64,000 nucleotides of DNA, taken from contig CASEMQ010000034.1 in the NCBI GenBank assembly GCA_949289005.1, positions 59,964 through 123,963 of the forward strand, written 5' to 3'. Source of the stretch: an uncultured Lentisphaeraceae bacterium. Its GTDB lineage: Bacteria > Verrucomicrobiota > Kiritimatiellia > RFP12 > DVOR01. The notes beneath the pieces are model-generated. The model did no database searches, was not told where the DNA came from, and saw nothing but the letters and a program-made list of their open reading frames with translations. Of this stretch, positions 20,812-30,151 are shown piece by piece. Made by a program: the position numbers and the translations under genes. The number at the start of each line of letters is the position of its first letter. Within the stretch, counting starts at the first letter, position 1.

Positions 20812-22074
20812 ATGAGCGACATTTCCTTTGAGCCGCCGCGCGGCATGCGCGACTTCTACCCCGAGGACATGGCTTGGCGCAACCGCGTCTTCGACGCTTG
20901 GCGCGCCGCCGCCGACGCCTTCGGCTTCCAACCCTACGATGCCTGCGTGGTGGAATCCTTGGCGCTGCTCCAGCGTAAGAGCGGCGAGGAGGTCTCCGAG
21001 CAGATTTACGCCTTCGAGGACAAGTCCGGCCGTGCGTTGGCTCTCCGCCCGGAGATGACCCCCACGCTCGCGCGTATGGTCGCCGCCCGCCAAGGTCGCC
21101 TCCACTTCCCCATCAAGTGGTCCGCCATCGCCCAATGCTTCCGCTATGAGCGCATGACCCGCGGCCGCAAACGCGAACACTACCAACTGAACCTCGACAT
21201 CATCGGCTCCGACGACGTCCTCTGCGAGGCCGAACTCCTCGGCGCCGCCGTCAACGCCGTCCGCCGCATGGGCCTGCCCGACGACGCCTGGCGCATTCAC
21301 CTCTCCAGCCGAGCCCTTCTTGGCGAACTGCTCGCCAAGAGCGGCATCCCCGCCGCCCAACATACCGCCGTTTTCATGGCCCTCGACAAACGCGGCAAAA
21401 TCTCCGACGAGGACATCGCCGACCTTCTGCGCAACGAAGGCCTCGCCCAGAGCGCCATCGACGAAACCTTCCGTCTGCTGGCCGTGGACACGCTCGACGG
21501 CGCGGCCGCGTTGGCCGGCGCGGGCTCCCCCGCCATCGCGCGCCTCCGCGCGCTCATCGCCCTGGCCGAACGCATGGGCTACGCCCACTTGCTGCAGTTC
21601 GACATTTCCGTCATCCGCGGCCTTTCCTACTACACCGGCATCGTCTTCGAGGCCTTTGACGTCCAGCGGCGCTTCCGTGCCATTTTCGGCGGCGGCCGCT
21701 ACGACTCCCTGCTCGCGCTTGTCGGCGGCAAGCCCACGCCCGCCGTCGGCCTCGGCTTTGGCGACGTCGTGATCGGCGAGATCCTGCGCGACGCGCTGGG
21801 CGACGTTTGTCCCACCCCGCGCCACGGCTATGCCCTTGGCTACATGACCGAGGCCGAGCGCGCCGCCGCCGTCTCCCTTGCCGCGCGCCTGCGCGCGGAC
21901 GGACACCCCGTCAACCTCGCCCTGCTCCCGCAGAAGCCCAAACACTTCTTCGCCCAGGCCGGCGCCTCCACCGCGCAGTTCGCCGTCTTCTTGGGCCCCG
22001 ACGACCTCGCCGCCGGCATCGCCAAGGCCAAGAACCTCGACACCCGTGAAAGCGTCGACCTCCCCTTGGCCTGA
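20812..22074 (+). CDS. hisS: histidyl-tRNA synthetase
   Basis: Class IIa HisRS motifs and anticodon-binding domain, 420 aa. Confidence 0.9.
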   Translation: MSDISFEPPRGMRDFYPEDMAWRNRVFDAWRAAADAFGFQPYDACVVESLALLQRKSGEEVSEQIYAFEDKSGRALALRPEMTPTLARMVAARQGRLHFPIKWSAIAQCFRYERMTRGRKREHYQLNLDIIGSDDVLCEAELLGAAVNAVRRMGLPDDAWRIHLSSRALLGELLAKSGIPAAQHTAVFMALDKRGKISDEDIADLLRNEGLAQSAIDETFRLLAVDTLDGAAALAGAGSPAIARLRALIALAERMGYAHLLQFDISVIRGLSYYTGIVFEAFDVQRRFRAIFGGGRYDSLLALVGGKPTPAVGLGFGDVVIGEILRDALGDVCPTPRHGYALGYMTEAERAAAVSLAARLRADGHPVNLALLPQKPKHFFAQAGASTAQFAVFLGPDDLAAGIAKAKNLDTRESVDLPLA

Positions 22075-22162
22075 CAAACCCGCGGCCGGGCCGAGGGGCG
22101 CGCCGACGCAGGACGCGACCGCCGCCCCGCCCGGGTCGGCGTGCCGATCCGCCGCCAAACGC

Positions 22163-23065
22163 GTGGGGCGATTGGCGCCCTCGCCGACCGGCGCCCTCCA
22201 CCTCGGCAACATCCGCACCTTCATGGCCGCCTGGCTCCAAATGCGCCAGGCCGGTGGCCGCATCCTCCTGCGCATCGAGGACCTCGACCACCCCAAGCAC
22301 AAGCCGGGCGCGGACGCGGCGCTCATCGACGACCTCCGCTGGCTCGGCTTTGACTGGGATGGCCCCATCGTTCGCCAATCCACGCGCCTGCCCGCCTATC
22401 GCGCCGCCCTCGCGCGGCTCGCGCCGCTTTACCCCTGCGACTGCACCCGCGCCGATATTCAGGGGGCCCAATCCGCCCCCCATCCCGGCGAGGTGCTCCG
22501 CTATCCCGGTACCTGCCGCGGCCGCGATCCCAATCGCCCCTTTTCCCCCGGCAAGCCGCCCGCTTGGCGCCTGCCCCTCACCCCGCGCGACGACGGTCGC
22601 TTCACGGACGCCTTCGCCGGCCCGCAGATGCGCACCGCAGACGCGCTCACGGGCGACTTCGTGGTCGCGCGCGGCGACGAGCCCGCCTATGTCCTCGCAT
22701 CCCTGCTTGACGACGCCGAGGCCGGCGTGACCGACGTCGTGCGCGGCGACGACATCCTCCCCGTGACCCCCGCGCAGATTGTCCTGGCCCATCGCCTTGG
22801 CCTGTCGCCTCCCGCCTATTGGCACTTGCCCCTCTTGGTCGGGCCCGACGGCCGCCGTCTCGCCAAACGCCACGGCGACACGCGCATCGCCGCCTACCGT
22901 GCCGCGGGGCTCCCCCCCGCCCGCCTCCTCACCGCCCTTGCCCGCGCCTCGCGTTGGATCGCGCCCGACGCCACCGTTGCCACGCTCCGCGACCTGCTCC
23001 CCGCCTTTGACTTGCTTGCCACCCCCCGCGCGCCCCTCGTCTGGTCCGACGCGCTCCTCCAATGA
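22163..23065 (+). CDS. gluQ: glutamyl-Q tRNA(Asp) synthetase (truncated GluRS paralog); start uncertain (GTG 22163 or TTG 22172)
   Basis: GluRS catalytic core with HLGN (HIGH-type) motif and KRHG; ~300 aa lacking an anticodon-binding domain. Confidence 0.7.
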   Translation: MGRLAPSPTGALHLGNIRTFMAAWLQMRQAGGRILLRIEDLDHPKHKPGADAALIDDLRWLGFDWDGPIVRQSTRLPAYRAALARLAPLYPCDCTRADIQGAQSAPHPGEVLRYPGTCRGRDPNRPFSPGKPPAWRLPLTPRDDGRFTDAFAGPQMRTADALTGDFVVARGDEPAYVLASLLDDAEAGVTDVVRGDDILPVTPAQIVLAHRLGLSPPAYWHLPLLVGPDGRRLAKRHGDTRIAAYRAAGLPPARLLTALARASRWIAPDATVATLRDLLPAFDLLATPRAPLVWSDALLQ

Positions 23066-23214
23066 CCCCGGCCGCCCCGCCCCTCTCTCCGGCGTTGCCT
23101 CGGCCTCTGCCTGCCCATCCTCTTTTCTTTTTTCTCTTTCGCCTATGCACTCGCATTGTGGACGCTGCCACGCCATGGGTGCGATTGATTGACTTGTCAG
23201 AATACGCGGCGGGG

Positions 23215-23223
23215 TGGTATACT
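23215..23223 (+). promoter_or_regulatory. extended -10 promoter TGgTATACT; predicted leaderless start for the downstream gene
   Basis: TGGTATACT ends 7 nt before ATG 23231 and there is no SD. Confidence 0.5.
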
Positions 23224-23230
23224 TGTCGTG

Positions 23231-24394
23231 ATGAATGTGATAGAGGAACGGTTCACGGTCTCGTTTTCCTATCCCGTGGTGTTTTGCCGCGGGTTGTTTG
23301 CGGAGGGGGACGAGACGCTGACGGAGGTGTTGGGGCGGGACGCCGCGGCGCCCCGGCCGTATCGTTTGTTGGTGGTGATGGACCAAGGCGTGCGGGCGGC
23401 GCACCCGGGGCTGGCGGAGCGGCTGACGCGTTGGCTGACGGCGCGCCACGGGGTGTTTGAGTTGGCCGCGCCCATCGAGTTCCTGCCGGGCGGCGAGTTC
23501 GCCAAGCGCCAGGAGGGCGTGGTGGGGAAGTTGGTGAAGCTGGCCTATCAGACGCATTTCGGGCGGAAGGACACCTTTTTGGCGATTGGCGGGGGGGCGG
23601 TGCAGGATGTGGTGGGCTACGCGGCCGGCATTGTCCACCGCGGGTGCCGCTTGGTGCGGGTGAACACGACCACGCTGTCGCAGGCGGACGCGGGGGTGGG
23701 GGTGAAGAACGGGGTGGACTTTGGCGCGGGGAAGAACTTTCTGGGGACCTTCGCGCCGCCTTTCGCGGTGTTGAACGACGCGGACTTTTTGCCCACGCTC
23801 CCGGATCGGGATTGGCGCAACGGCATCGCGGAGGCGGTGAAGGTGGCGACCATCAAGGATGCCGCTTTCCTGGAGTGGCTGTGGGCGCACAGCGATGCCT
23901 TGCGCATGCGTGACTTGGAGCCGATGGCGGCGATGGTGGAGCGGACGGCGCGCCTGCATTTGGCGCACATCGCCACGAGCGGCGATGCGTTCGAGCGGGG
24001 CGACACGCGGCCGTTGGACTTTGGCCATTGGAGCGCGCACCGGCTGGAGGCGATGACGTGCTATCAGCTCTCGCACGGCGAGGCGGTGTCCATCGGTATC
24101 GCGCTGGACATGGCCTATGCGGGGCTGTTGGGGTTGGTGACGCCGGCGGATTGCACGCGCGTGGTGGCGCTGTTGCGGGAGTGCGGCCTGCCGGTGTGGT
24201 GCGACGAATTGGCGTTGCGGGGGACGGATGGGCGGTTGGCCGTGCTGGAGGGGTTGCGGCAGTTTCGCGAGCATTTGGGCGGCACGCTGTGCGTGACGTT
24301 GCCCGACGGCCTTGGCGCGAAGACCGAGGTACATGAGATGGACGAGGCGCTCGTGGAACGCGCCGTCAAATTGTTGCGTGAGCGTTACGCCTGA
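23231..24394 (+). CDS. 3-dehydroquinate synthase family protein (AroB-like sugar phosphate cyclase)
   Basis: DHQS-like motifs GGGAVQDVVGYAAG, VNTTTLSQADAGVGVKNGV, GKNFLGTF, plus metal-binding His region. Confidence 0.55.
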   Translation: MNVIEERFTVSFSYPVVFCRGLFAEGDETLTEVLGRDAAAPRPYRLLVVMDQGVRAAHPGLAERLTRWLTARHGVFELAAPIEFLPGGEFAKRQEGVVGKLVKLAYQTHFGRKDTFLAIGGGAVQDVVGYAAGIVHRGCRLVRVNTTTLSQADAGVGVKNGVDFGAGKNFLGTFAPPFAVLNDADFLPTLPDRDWRNGIAEAVKVATIKDAAFLEWLWAHSDALRMRDLEPMAAMVERTARLHLAHIATSGDAFERGDTRPLDFGHWSAHRLEAMTCYQLSHGEAVSIGIALDMAYAGLLGLVTPADCTRVVALLRECGLPVWCDELALRGTDGRLAVLEGLRQFREHLGGTLCVTLPDGLGAKTEVHEMDEALVERAVKLLRERYA

Positions 24395-24410
24395 ACACGA
24401 GGAGTTTGCC

Positions 24411-26765
24411 ATGAGCGCAGGAATCAGCGCACAGCCCGTCAAAAACCCTGTCTGCCCCCTGTGCGGCGCGGCGCTTCCCGCGGGGACGGCGCCGCTGGCG
24501 GCGATGCGTTGCCCGGCGTGCGGGCAAGCCGTCATGATGCCGGGAATGCTTGCGCAGTATCGCCTGACGCGTCTGATCGGCGCGGGCGGCATGGGGGCCG
24601 TCTATGAGGCCATCGACGAAGGGCTCCAACGCCGTGTGGCCGTGAAGGTGATTTTGCGCGAGAAGGCGGCGGAGAACCCCGACTTCATCGAGAGTTTCAA
24701 GCGCGAGGCACAGTCCGCCGCCAAGTTGCAACACCCCAATATCGTGAGCATCTATGCCTTCGGCGAGGCAGAGGGGCAGCCCTTTTTGGTGATGGAGTTG
24801 GTACAGCCCGATTCGCTCGACCGGATGATGAAGGCCGGACCCGTGCAGCCGGCCACCGCGTTGAACGTGGGCATGCAGATTGCCCAGGGGCTGAAGGCCG
24901 CCGCGGAGCAGGGCATGGTGCATGGCGACGTCAAACCCGAGAACATCCTCATCAACGAGGCGCGCGAGGCGAAGTTGGCGGACTTTGGCATCGCGGCGCT
25001 GGTCAGCGCGCACGCCGCCGCAAGCAACGAGGTCTGGGGCACGCCCTACTACATCGCCCCCGAGACGCTCCGCAAGCAGAAGGTGGATTTGCGGGCGGAC
25101 ATCTATTCGCTCGGCGGCACGCTCTACCACGCCATCGCCGGGGTGCCGCCCTTCGAGGGCGCGGACGCGGTGGAGGTGATGAAGGCGCGGCTTCTGGGGC
25201 CGGCCAAACCGTTGGGCGAGGTGGCGCCCGGGTGCCCCGAGGCCGTCTCCAAGATTGTCATGCGGATGTTGGAGGCCGAGCCCATCCGCCGCTATCCCAA
25301 CTATGACTCGCTGTTGGCGGACATGGGGCAGGAGTTGCGGCGCGCCAAAAGCCGCACGGGCGCCGGCAAGCGCATCGTTATCAAAGGCATGGCGACGCAC
25401 CCCTCGCGCCCCATGCCGGTGATCGAGAACCCCAACGCGCCGCTCGTCGGCCCCAAGCCTGGCCTGAGCAAGAAGGCCATCATCGGCTTGGCCGCGGGCA
25501 TCGGCTGCGGTGTGCCGCTCGTGGTCGTTGCCATCCTGGCGGCCATCCTTGTCATGGCCGGCAAGAAGGCCGCCGAGGAGACGGTCACGGCCATGACCAA
25601 CGCCGTGGCGCAGATCCAGGCCGCCGACCCGGCCCAACTCCGGATGGCCGCCGATCGCCAGGCCCTCGCGCAGCTGAGCGAGGATTGTGCCCGGCTGGCC
25701 GCAGCCCGCACGGCGCTCGCCAACGAGGCCGCCGCCACGGTGAAGACGCTGGCGAACCAATCGCGCCGCGCCTTGCTCCTGGCCGAGCAAGAGGTCTGGC
25801 TGGAACCGCGCGAGGGCGAGCCGCCGGCGGCCTTCCTCAAGAAGTTGCAGGACGCCTTCGCCAAGCGCGATGCGCTCGCCGCCGCGGCCAAGGGCGCCGA
25901 CGCGCTCCGAGCCAAGGCCGATGGCTTGCGCGTGGCCGCCGACACGGCCGACGCCACGCCCGAGGCCGTTGCCAAGGCGCTCGCCGAGGCCAAGGCCGCG
26001 CGGGAGGCCTACGACGCAAGTGCCGCGGCCAAGGCCGCCGACGCCAACGCCCGGGCGCTCGCCGCGCTCAAGAAGGGCTGGCGCGCGGAGGTGGCCGCCG
26101 GCCGCGATGAGCTGGAGGCCGCCAACCGGGCGCGTCTCAAGGCCGAGCAGGAGGCCGAGGCCAAGGCCAAGGCGGAGGAAAAGGCCGAACGCGAACGCCA
26201 GGCCGTCGCCGACGAGGTGGCCTCGGTGGCGCGCATGGAGGCGGCCGTCTCGGCGGATCTGGATGCCTTCCGCCCCGAGGCCGCGGCCAAGGCCTTCGCC
26301 GCGCGCGCGGCCCGCCTGAAGTCCGCCGAGGCCAAGGCCGCGGCGCAGGTGGTGGCCGACCGCCTCGATGCCTTGGCGAATCTGCGGCGGTGGCTGATTG
26401 AAGCGGCCAAGGCGGGGGATTTGGCCGGCTACGGCGTCTCCAAGGCCGACGACGCGGGCATCACGGTGGGCGGCGCCGCGCTGTCGTGGGAGGACTTCGC
26501 CATCAAACAGCAGGGGGTGAGTTTCCGGATTTTGTCCACCGCGTTGGCCGACGACCAGGGCGCGCGGGCGTTGAGCACGTTGCGGCGCGCGGAGCTGGCG
26601 GTGGGGGCGCGGCAGTTTGTGTTGCGCTACTACGGGCAGAGCATGCTCGACAAATCCAAGTCGTTGCGCGACCTGATGGCGCGTCTGCAGGGCGTGGCGG
26701 AGCGGCTGCCGACCACCAAGGCGTTGCTGGAGCGGCTGGAGGCCGCGTCCACCGATGCCGAATGA
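24411..26765 (+). CDS. Ser/Thr protein kinase with N-terminal zinc ribbon, one TM helix and long Ala-rich coiled-coil C-terminal domain
   Basis: Hanks kinase motifs (GAGGMGAVY, VAVK, HGDVKPEN, DFG, APE). N-terminal CxxC...CxxC. TM at ~aa 385-405. Coiled-coil, Ala-rich C-terminus. Confidence 0.85.
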   Translation: MSAGISAQPVKNPVCPLCGAALPAGTAPLAAMRCPACGQAVMMPGMLAQYRLTRLIGAGGMGAVYEAIDEGLQRRVAVKVILREKAAENPDFIESFKREAQSAAKLQHPNIVSIYAFGEAEGQPFLVMELVQPDSLDRMMKAGPVQPATALNVGMQIAQGLKAAAEQGMVHGDVKPENILINEAREAKLADFGIAALVSAHAAASNEVWGTPYYIAPETLRKQKVDLRADIYSLGGTLYHAIAGVPPFEGADAVEVMKARLLGPAKPLGEVAPGCPEAVSKIVMRMLEAEPIRRYPNYDSLLADMGQELRRAKSRTGAGKRIVIKGMATHPSRPMPVIENPNAPLVGPKPGLSKKAIIGLAAGIGCGVPLVVVAILAAILVMAGKKAAEETVTAMTNAVAQIQAADPAQLRMAADRQALAQLSEDCARLAAARTALANEAAATVKTLANQSRRALLLAEQEVWLEPREGEPPAAFLKKLQDAFAKRDALAAAAKGADALRAKADGLRVAADTADATPEAVAKALAEAKAAREAYDASAAAKAADANARALAALKKGWRAEVAAGRDELEAANRARLKAEQEAEAKAKAEEKAERERQAVADEVASVARMEAAVSADLDAFRPEAAAKAFAARAARLKSAEAKAAAQVVADRLDALANLRRWLIEAAKAGDLAGYGVSKADDAGITVGGAALSWEDFAIKQQGVSFRILSTALADDQGARALSTLRRAELAVGARQFVLRYYGQSMLDKSKSLRDLMARLQGVAERLPTTKALLERLEAASTDAE

Positions 26766-26769
26766 CCCC

Positions 26770-27480
26770 ATGAAACGCTTTGCCCTGCTTGTGTTGGCCC
26801 TGGCCGGGATGCCCTTGGCCTGGGGGTTGGCGCGGGCCTTTTGGGATGGCCTGCTGGCGGGCATGGCGGCGGGGGTGGCCCTTACGCCGGGGTGGGTGGG
26901 CTTCCTCGGCGGCGCGGCGGCGATGGTGGCGCTTTATGCCTGGCAGGGCAAGCGCATGATGGTGCTTTACGTTTTCGCCCATGAGATGACGCACGCGGCG
27001 GTGGGGTTGCTCTTCGGCGCGCGCATCCATCGCGTGAGCGTGAGCGAGACGGGCGGCTTCGTGGAACTCTCCAAAAGCAACCTTGCCATCACGCTCGCGC
27101 CCTATTGCGTGCCCTTCTATCTGTTGGTGGCGCTGGGGCTGTGCGCGGCGGTCGCGTGGGCGTGGCCGGGCGCGGTGCCGTGGGCGGCGTGGGCGACCCT
27201 TTTTGGTTTCCTGACGCTTTTCCACGTGCTTTACACGGTGGACACGTTGATTTCGGTGGCGCAGCCGGACGTGCGCGAATATGGGCGCGTCTTCTCGTAT
27301 TGGTTTATCGTCGCGACCAACTGCGCCTTTGCCTCGCTGGCGCTTGTCCTTGCCGGGCAGGCGCACCCCGCCGCCCAGGCACGCCGTGTGGCGCGCCGTA
27401 CGGAAGCCGCCTACGCGGCCTCCGCGCGGTGGCTGTCCGTGCCGGTCAGGTTTGTTTTGGAAAGGAGCCAACGGCCATGA
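26770..27480 (+). CDS. polytopic membrane protein with HExxH motif (putative intramembrane metalloprotease-like); alternative start 26755
   Basis: Several TM helices with HEMTH embedded in a hydrophobic segment. Overlaps kinase stop and sirtuin start. Confidence 0.5.
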   Translation: MKRFALLVLALAGMPLAWGLARAFWDGLLAGMAAGVALTPGWVGFLGGAAAMVALYAWQGKRMMVLYVFAHEMTHAAVGLLFGARIHRVSVSETGGFVELSKSNLAITLAPYCVPFYLLVALGLCAAVAWAWPGAVPWAAWATLFGFLTLFHVLYTVDTLISVAQPDVREYGRVFSYWFIVATNCAFASLALVLAGQAHPAAQARRVARRTEAAYAASARWLSVPVRFVLERSQRP

Positions 27481-28235
27481 ATTCCGCAGGGCAATTGCTC
27501 GACCTGTTGCGCGAATCCACCTCCACGGTCGCCTTCACGGGCGCGGGGGTCTCCACGCTCAGCGGCATCCGCGACTTTCGCGGCAAAAACGGCATCTACA
27601 ACGACACCTTTCGCGGCTATCGCGTGGAGGAACTTTTTGGCATTGACCTCTTCCGGCGCGATCCCTCGCTCTTCTACGAATGGGCCAAGGATTTCGTTTA
27701 CGGGCTCGACGCCTTCCGCCCCTCCATCGTCCACACCACCCTCGCGCGACTGGAGCGGCAGGGGCTGCTCGCCGCGGTGGTCACGCAGAACATCGACCGC
27801 CTCCACACCCTCGCCGGCAACCGCGTGGTCCACGAGCTCCACGGCTCCCCCGCGTGGCACCGGTGCCTCGATTGTGGCCGCGCCTATCCTTACGCCGAAA
27901 TCGCCCCCGTCGCCCACCAAGGCATCGTCCCCCGGTGTGCCGGCTGCGGCGGTATCGTCAAGCCCGACATCGTCTTTTATGGAGAGCCCCTCCCCGAAGA
28001 CGTCTTCGCCGCGGCCCTGGAGGCCTTCCGGCAGGCCGATCTCATCCTCGTCCTCGGTTCTTCCCTCACCGTTTATCCCGCCGCCGCGCTCCCCAAGGAA
28101 GGCTATACCTTCGGCGCACGCCTGGTCATGGTCAACGATGCACCCACGCCACTCGACCCGCTCGCCATGCTTCGTCTTCACGACTTGGCCGACACCTTCA
28201 CCGAACTCGACGCACTTCTGCCCCCGGAGCCCTGA
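27477..28235 (+). CDS. cobB: NAD-dependent protein deacylase, sirtuin (CobB/Sir2 family)
   Basis: Canonical sirtuin motifs GAGVSTLSGIRDFRG, TQNIDRLH, catalytic His, Zn ribbon CLDCG...CAGCGG. ATGA overlap with the upstream gene. Confidence 0.85.
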   Translation: MNSAGQLLDLLRESTSTVAFTGAGVSTLSGIRDFRGKNGIYNDTFRGYRVEELFGIDLFRRDPSLFYEWAKDFVYGLDAFRPSIVHTTLARLERQGLLAAVVTQNIDRLHTLAGNRVVHELHGSPAWHRCLDCGRAYPYAEIAPVAHQGIVPRCAGCGGIVKPDIVFYGEPLPEDVFAAALEAFRQADLILVLGSSLTVYPAAALPKEGYTFGARLVMVNDAPTPLDPLAMLRLHDLADTFTELDALLPPEP

Positions 28236-28285
28236 TTTCCCGCCTTCGCCCATACCCCGCGCCGTGAACGCATGGCGCGGATTGG

Positions 28286-28315
28286 TTGCCTCGCCGCCGC
28301 GGGTTTTGTTAGAAT
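28286..28315 (+). promoter_or_regulatory. promoter TTGCCT-18-TGtTAGAAT for the PEP-CTERM gene
   Basis: -35 TTGCCT and extended -10 TGTTAGAAT, 34 nt upstream of ATG 28350 with RBS AGGAAAGG. Confidence 0.55.
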
Positions 28316-28349
28316 GGCGTCGCGTTTGTCAAAGGAAAGGTGTCTTGCG

Positions 28350-29009
28350 ATGAGAGTGTTCGCGCTTGCTTTCGCGTTGTTGGGGCTGACCGGCTGGGCC
28401 AGGGCGGCCGCGGTCGATTGGTCGGCGGGGGACACGTTCACCTCGCAAAGCACGACCTTCTCGGTGGCGATCACCTTCCAGGGAAGCGCCATCGAGGGGA
28501 TGTCGGGCGACGGGCTCTACATCGGGCACAACGCGGGCACGAATGAAGGGAAAAAGCAGGCCGGGCCTTGGGCCGCGGTGGGCACGGGCGGCCGCGTCTG
28601 GAAAAAGGGCAGCAACCCATACACCGACAATGGCCACACGGATACGTGGGGGCAGTCGGGTGAGGATAATTCCACGTCCGGGCGCTATGCGCTGGCTGGC
28701 GGCCAGGCCGTGAACATCCTTTCCGATCGCGTGGACGGGCTGAATGTCTTGGGCATCGTGGTGGAGGTGGTGGACTCGAGCGTCATCTATCATTATTGGT
28801 TGAATGGCGTGGAGGTCGGCACGTTCTCGCACAACAACATCGGCCAAAACGTTCGCACGTGGGACAATCTCTCCACTGCCATCGAAGGGGAATTGTGGTG
28901 GATGGAGGGCGAGGCGACGGCGGCGCAGTTCGCGCAGTTGCCGGAGCCGACGGCGCTGGCGCTGCTGGCGCTGGGCGTGGCGGGGTTGGCGTTGCGCCGG
29001 CGCGCGTGA
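28350..29009 (+). CDS. secreted PEP-CTERM sorting-domain protein
   Basis: N-terminal signal peptide. C-terminus LPEPTALALLALGVAGLALRRRA matches the PEP-CTERM exosortase signal. Confidence 0.7.
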   Translation: MRVFALAFALLGLTGWARAAAVDWSAGDTFTSQSTTFSVAITFQGSAIEGMSGDGLYIGHNAGTNEGKKQAGPWAAVGTGGRVWKKGSNPYTDNGHTDTWGQSGEDNSTSGRYALAGGQAVNILSDRVDGLNVLGIVVEVVDSSVIYHYWLNGVEVGTFSHNNIGQNVRTWDNLSTAIEGELWWMEGEATAAQFAQLPEPTALALLALGVAGLALRRRA

Positions 29010-29076
29010 GATTGGTTTTTGGGCGGATGCCCCCGGGCGGGGCGTCCGCCTTTTTTGTTTTCCCGGGAGGTGCGCG

Positions 29077-30126
29077 ATGGGGCGTTGGATGGCGTTGGCA
29101 TGGGTGTTGGCGGCGGTGCCGTTGGGCGCGGCGGAGGTAACCTTCTCGGGGAAGACGGAGACGGCGATCGAGACGGCGGGGGCCTTTGCCTTCGGGGCGT
29201 TGGAGCGGCAGGGGTATGCCGCGGACGCGGCGTGGGAGGCGTGCGGCTTCATGGCGCAGGAAGGCGTCTGGGCGGACAAGACGTTGCTGGCGCCGGATGT
29301 GAATGTGCAGACGGCGGGGCGTTGGCGGCTGACGCTGACGGCGCGCGAGCCGGCACTCCTGCGTCGGCTGACGCTGGACGTGGCGATTTTCAACAGTTCG
29401 GGCAATACGCAAACCGCGGGCACGGTGCGCACGGCGCGCTTCCGCGCGGAGGCCGCCGGGCTGACGGCGGAGGCGGTGGCCGATTGCCGAGGCGCGGCTT
29501 CGCTCGCGGCGCAGGCCAACACGGTGACGCTGGACTTCGGCGGAATGGCGACCTTGGGCGCGGGCGAGACGCTGACGCTGACCTGCGAGCGGGTGGAGGA
29601 GCGCCTGGGGTGCTTCTTTGCCCTGCGGTCGATTGCGTGGGAGGAGACGCTTGAGGTGGAGACGGGCGCACGGGTGACTTGGCCGGAGACGCTCACGTCG
29701 GCGACGGTGCGTTTCGCGGGGGGCACGCTGGTCGTCCCGGAGGATACGACGGTGTGCCAAATCCGTGCCACGGCGGATTCCACGGGCGGGACGTTGGTGG
29801 TGGAGGGCGCGCTGTTGGGGGAGGATACGGGCGAGCCCTTTGTGCCGGCCTTCGCCCTGCCGCGCGGCGTGCGCGTGGAGGTGGCGCGGCGCGGTTGGCT
29901 GTTGATGGATGGGCGGCTCGCGGCCACCGTGACCACGACACAGGGCGCGCGCCTGGGCGCGGCCACGCCCTCGGGAACGCTGACGCTGGACGACCTGGAG
30001 CAGATCGGCGCGCCAATCGCCGTCCAAGGCAAGGTGGAATACTTCATGGGGCGCACCTTCCCGAAGACGGAGGACGCCGAACTGGTGCCGTGGGGGCGAC
30101 TTGGCTTTCGCCTCCTCCTGCGCTGA
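29077..30126 (+). CDS. secreted hypothetical protein
   Basis: Signal peptide MGRWMALAWVLAAVPLGAA. RBS GGGAGG. No recognisable domain. Confidence 0.5.
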   Translation: MGRWMALAWVLAAVPLGAAEVTFSGKTETAIETAGAFAFGALERQGYAADAAWEACGFMAQEGVWADKTLLAPDVNVQTAGRWRLTLTAREPALLRRLTLDVAIFNSSGNTQTAGTVRTARFRAEAAGLTAEAVADCRGAASLAAQANTVTLDFGGMATLGAGETLTLTCERVEERLGCFFALRSIAWEETLEVETGARVTWPETLTSATVRFAGGTLVVPEDTTVCQIRATADSTGGTLVVEGALLGEDTGEPFVPAFALPRGVRVEVARRGWLLMDGRLAATVTTTQGARLGAATPSGTLTLDDLEQIGAPIAVQGKVEYFMGRTFPKTEDAELVPWGRLGFRLLLR

Positions 30127-30151
30127 GCGCGTGCCCGGTCTCGGCGGACGG

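Noticed and set aside
21911-24592. 893-aa minus-strand ORF spanning gluQ and the AroB-like gene
   Set aside because: Pro/Arg/Gly-rich low-complexity sequence. It is antisense to two well-supported plus-strand genes.
27477-28235. Sir2 protein as a defence-type (Thoeris/DSR-like) NADase
   Set aside because: The sequence has the complete canonical sirtuin deacylase motif set and a Zn ribbon. It lacks the partner TIR, SLOG or HerA genes, and it is coupled to a kinase instead.
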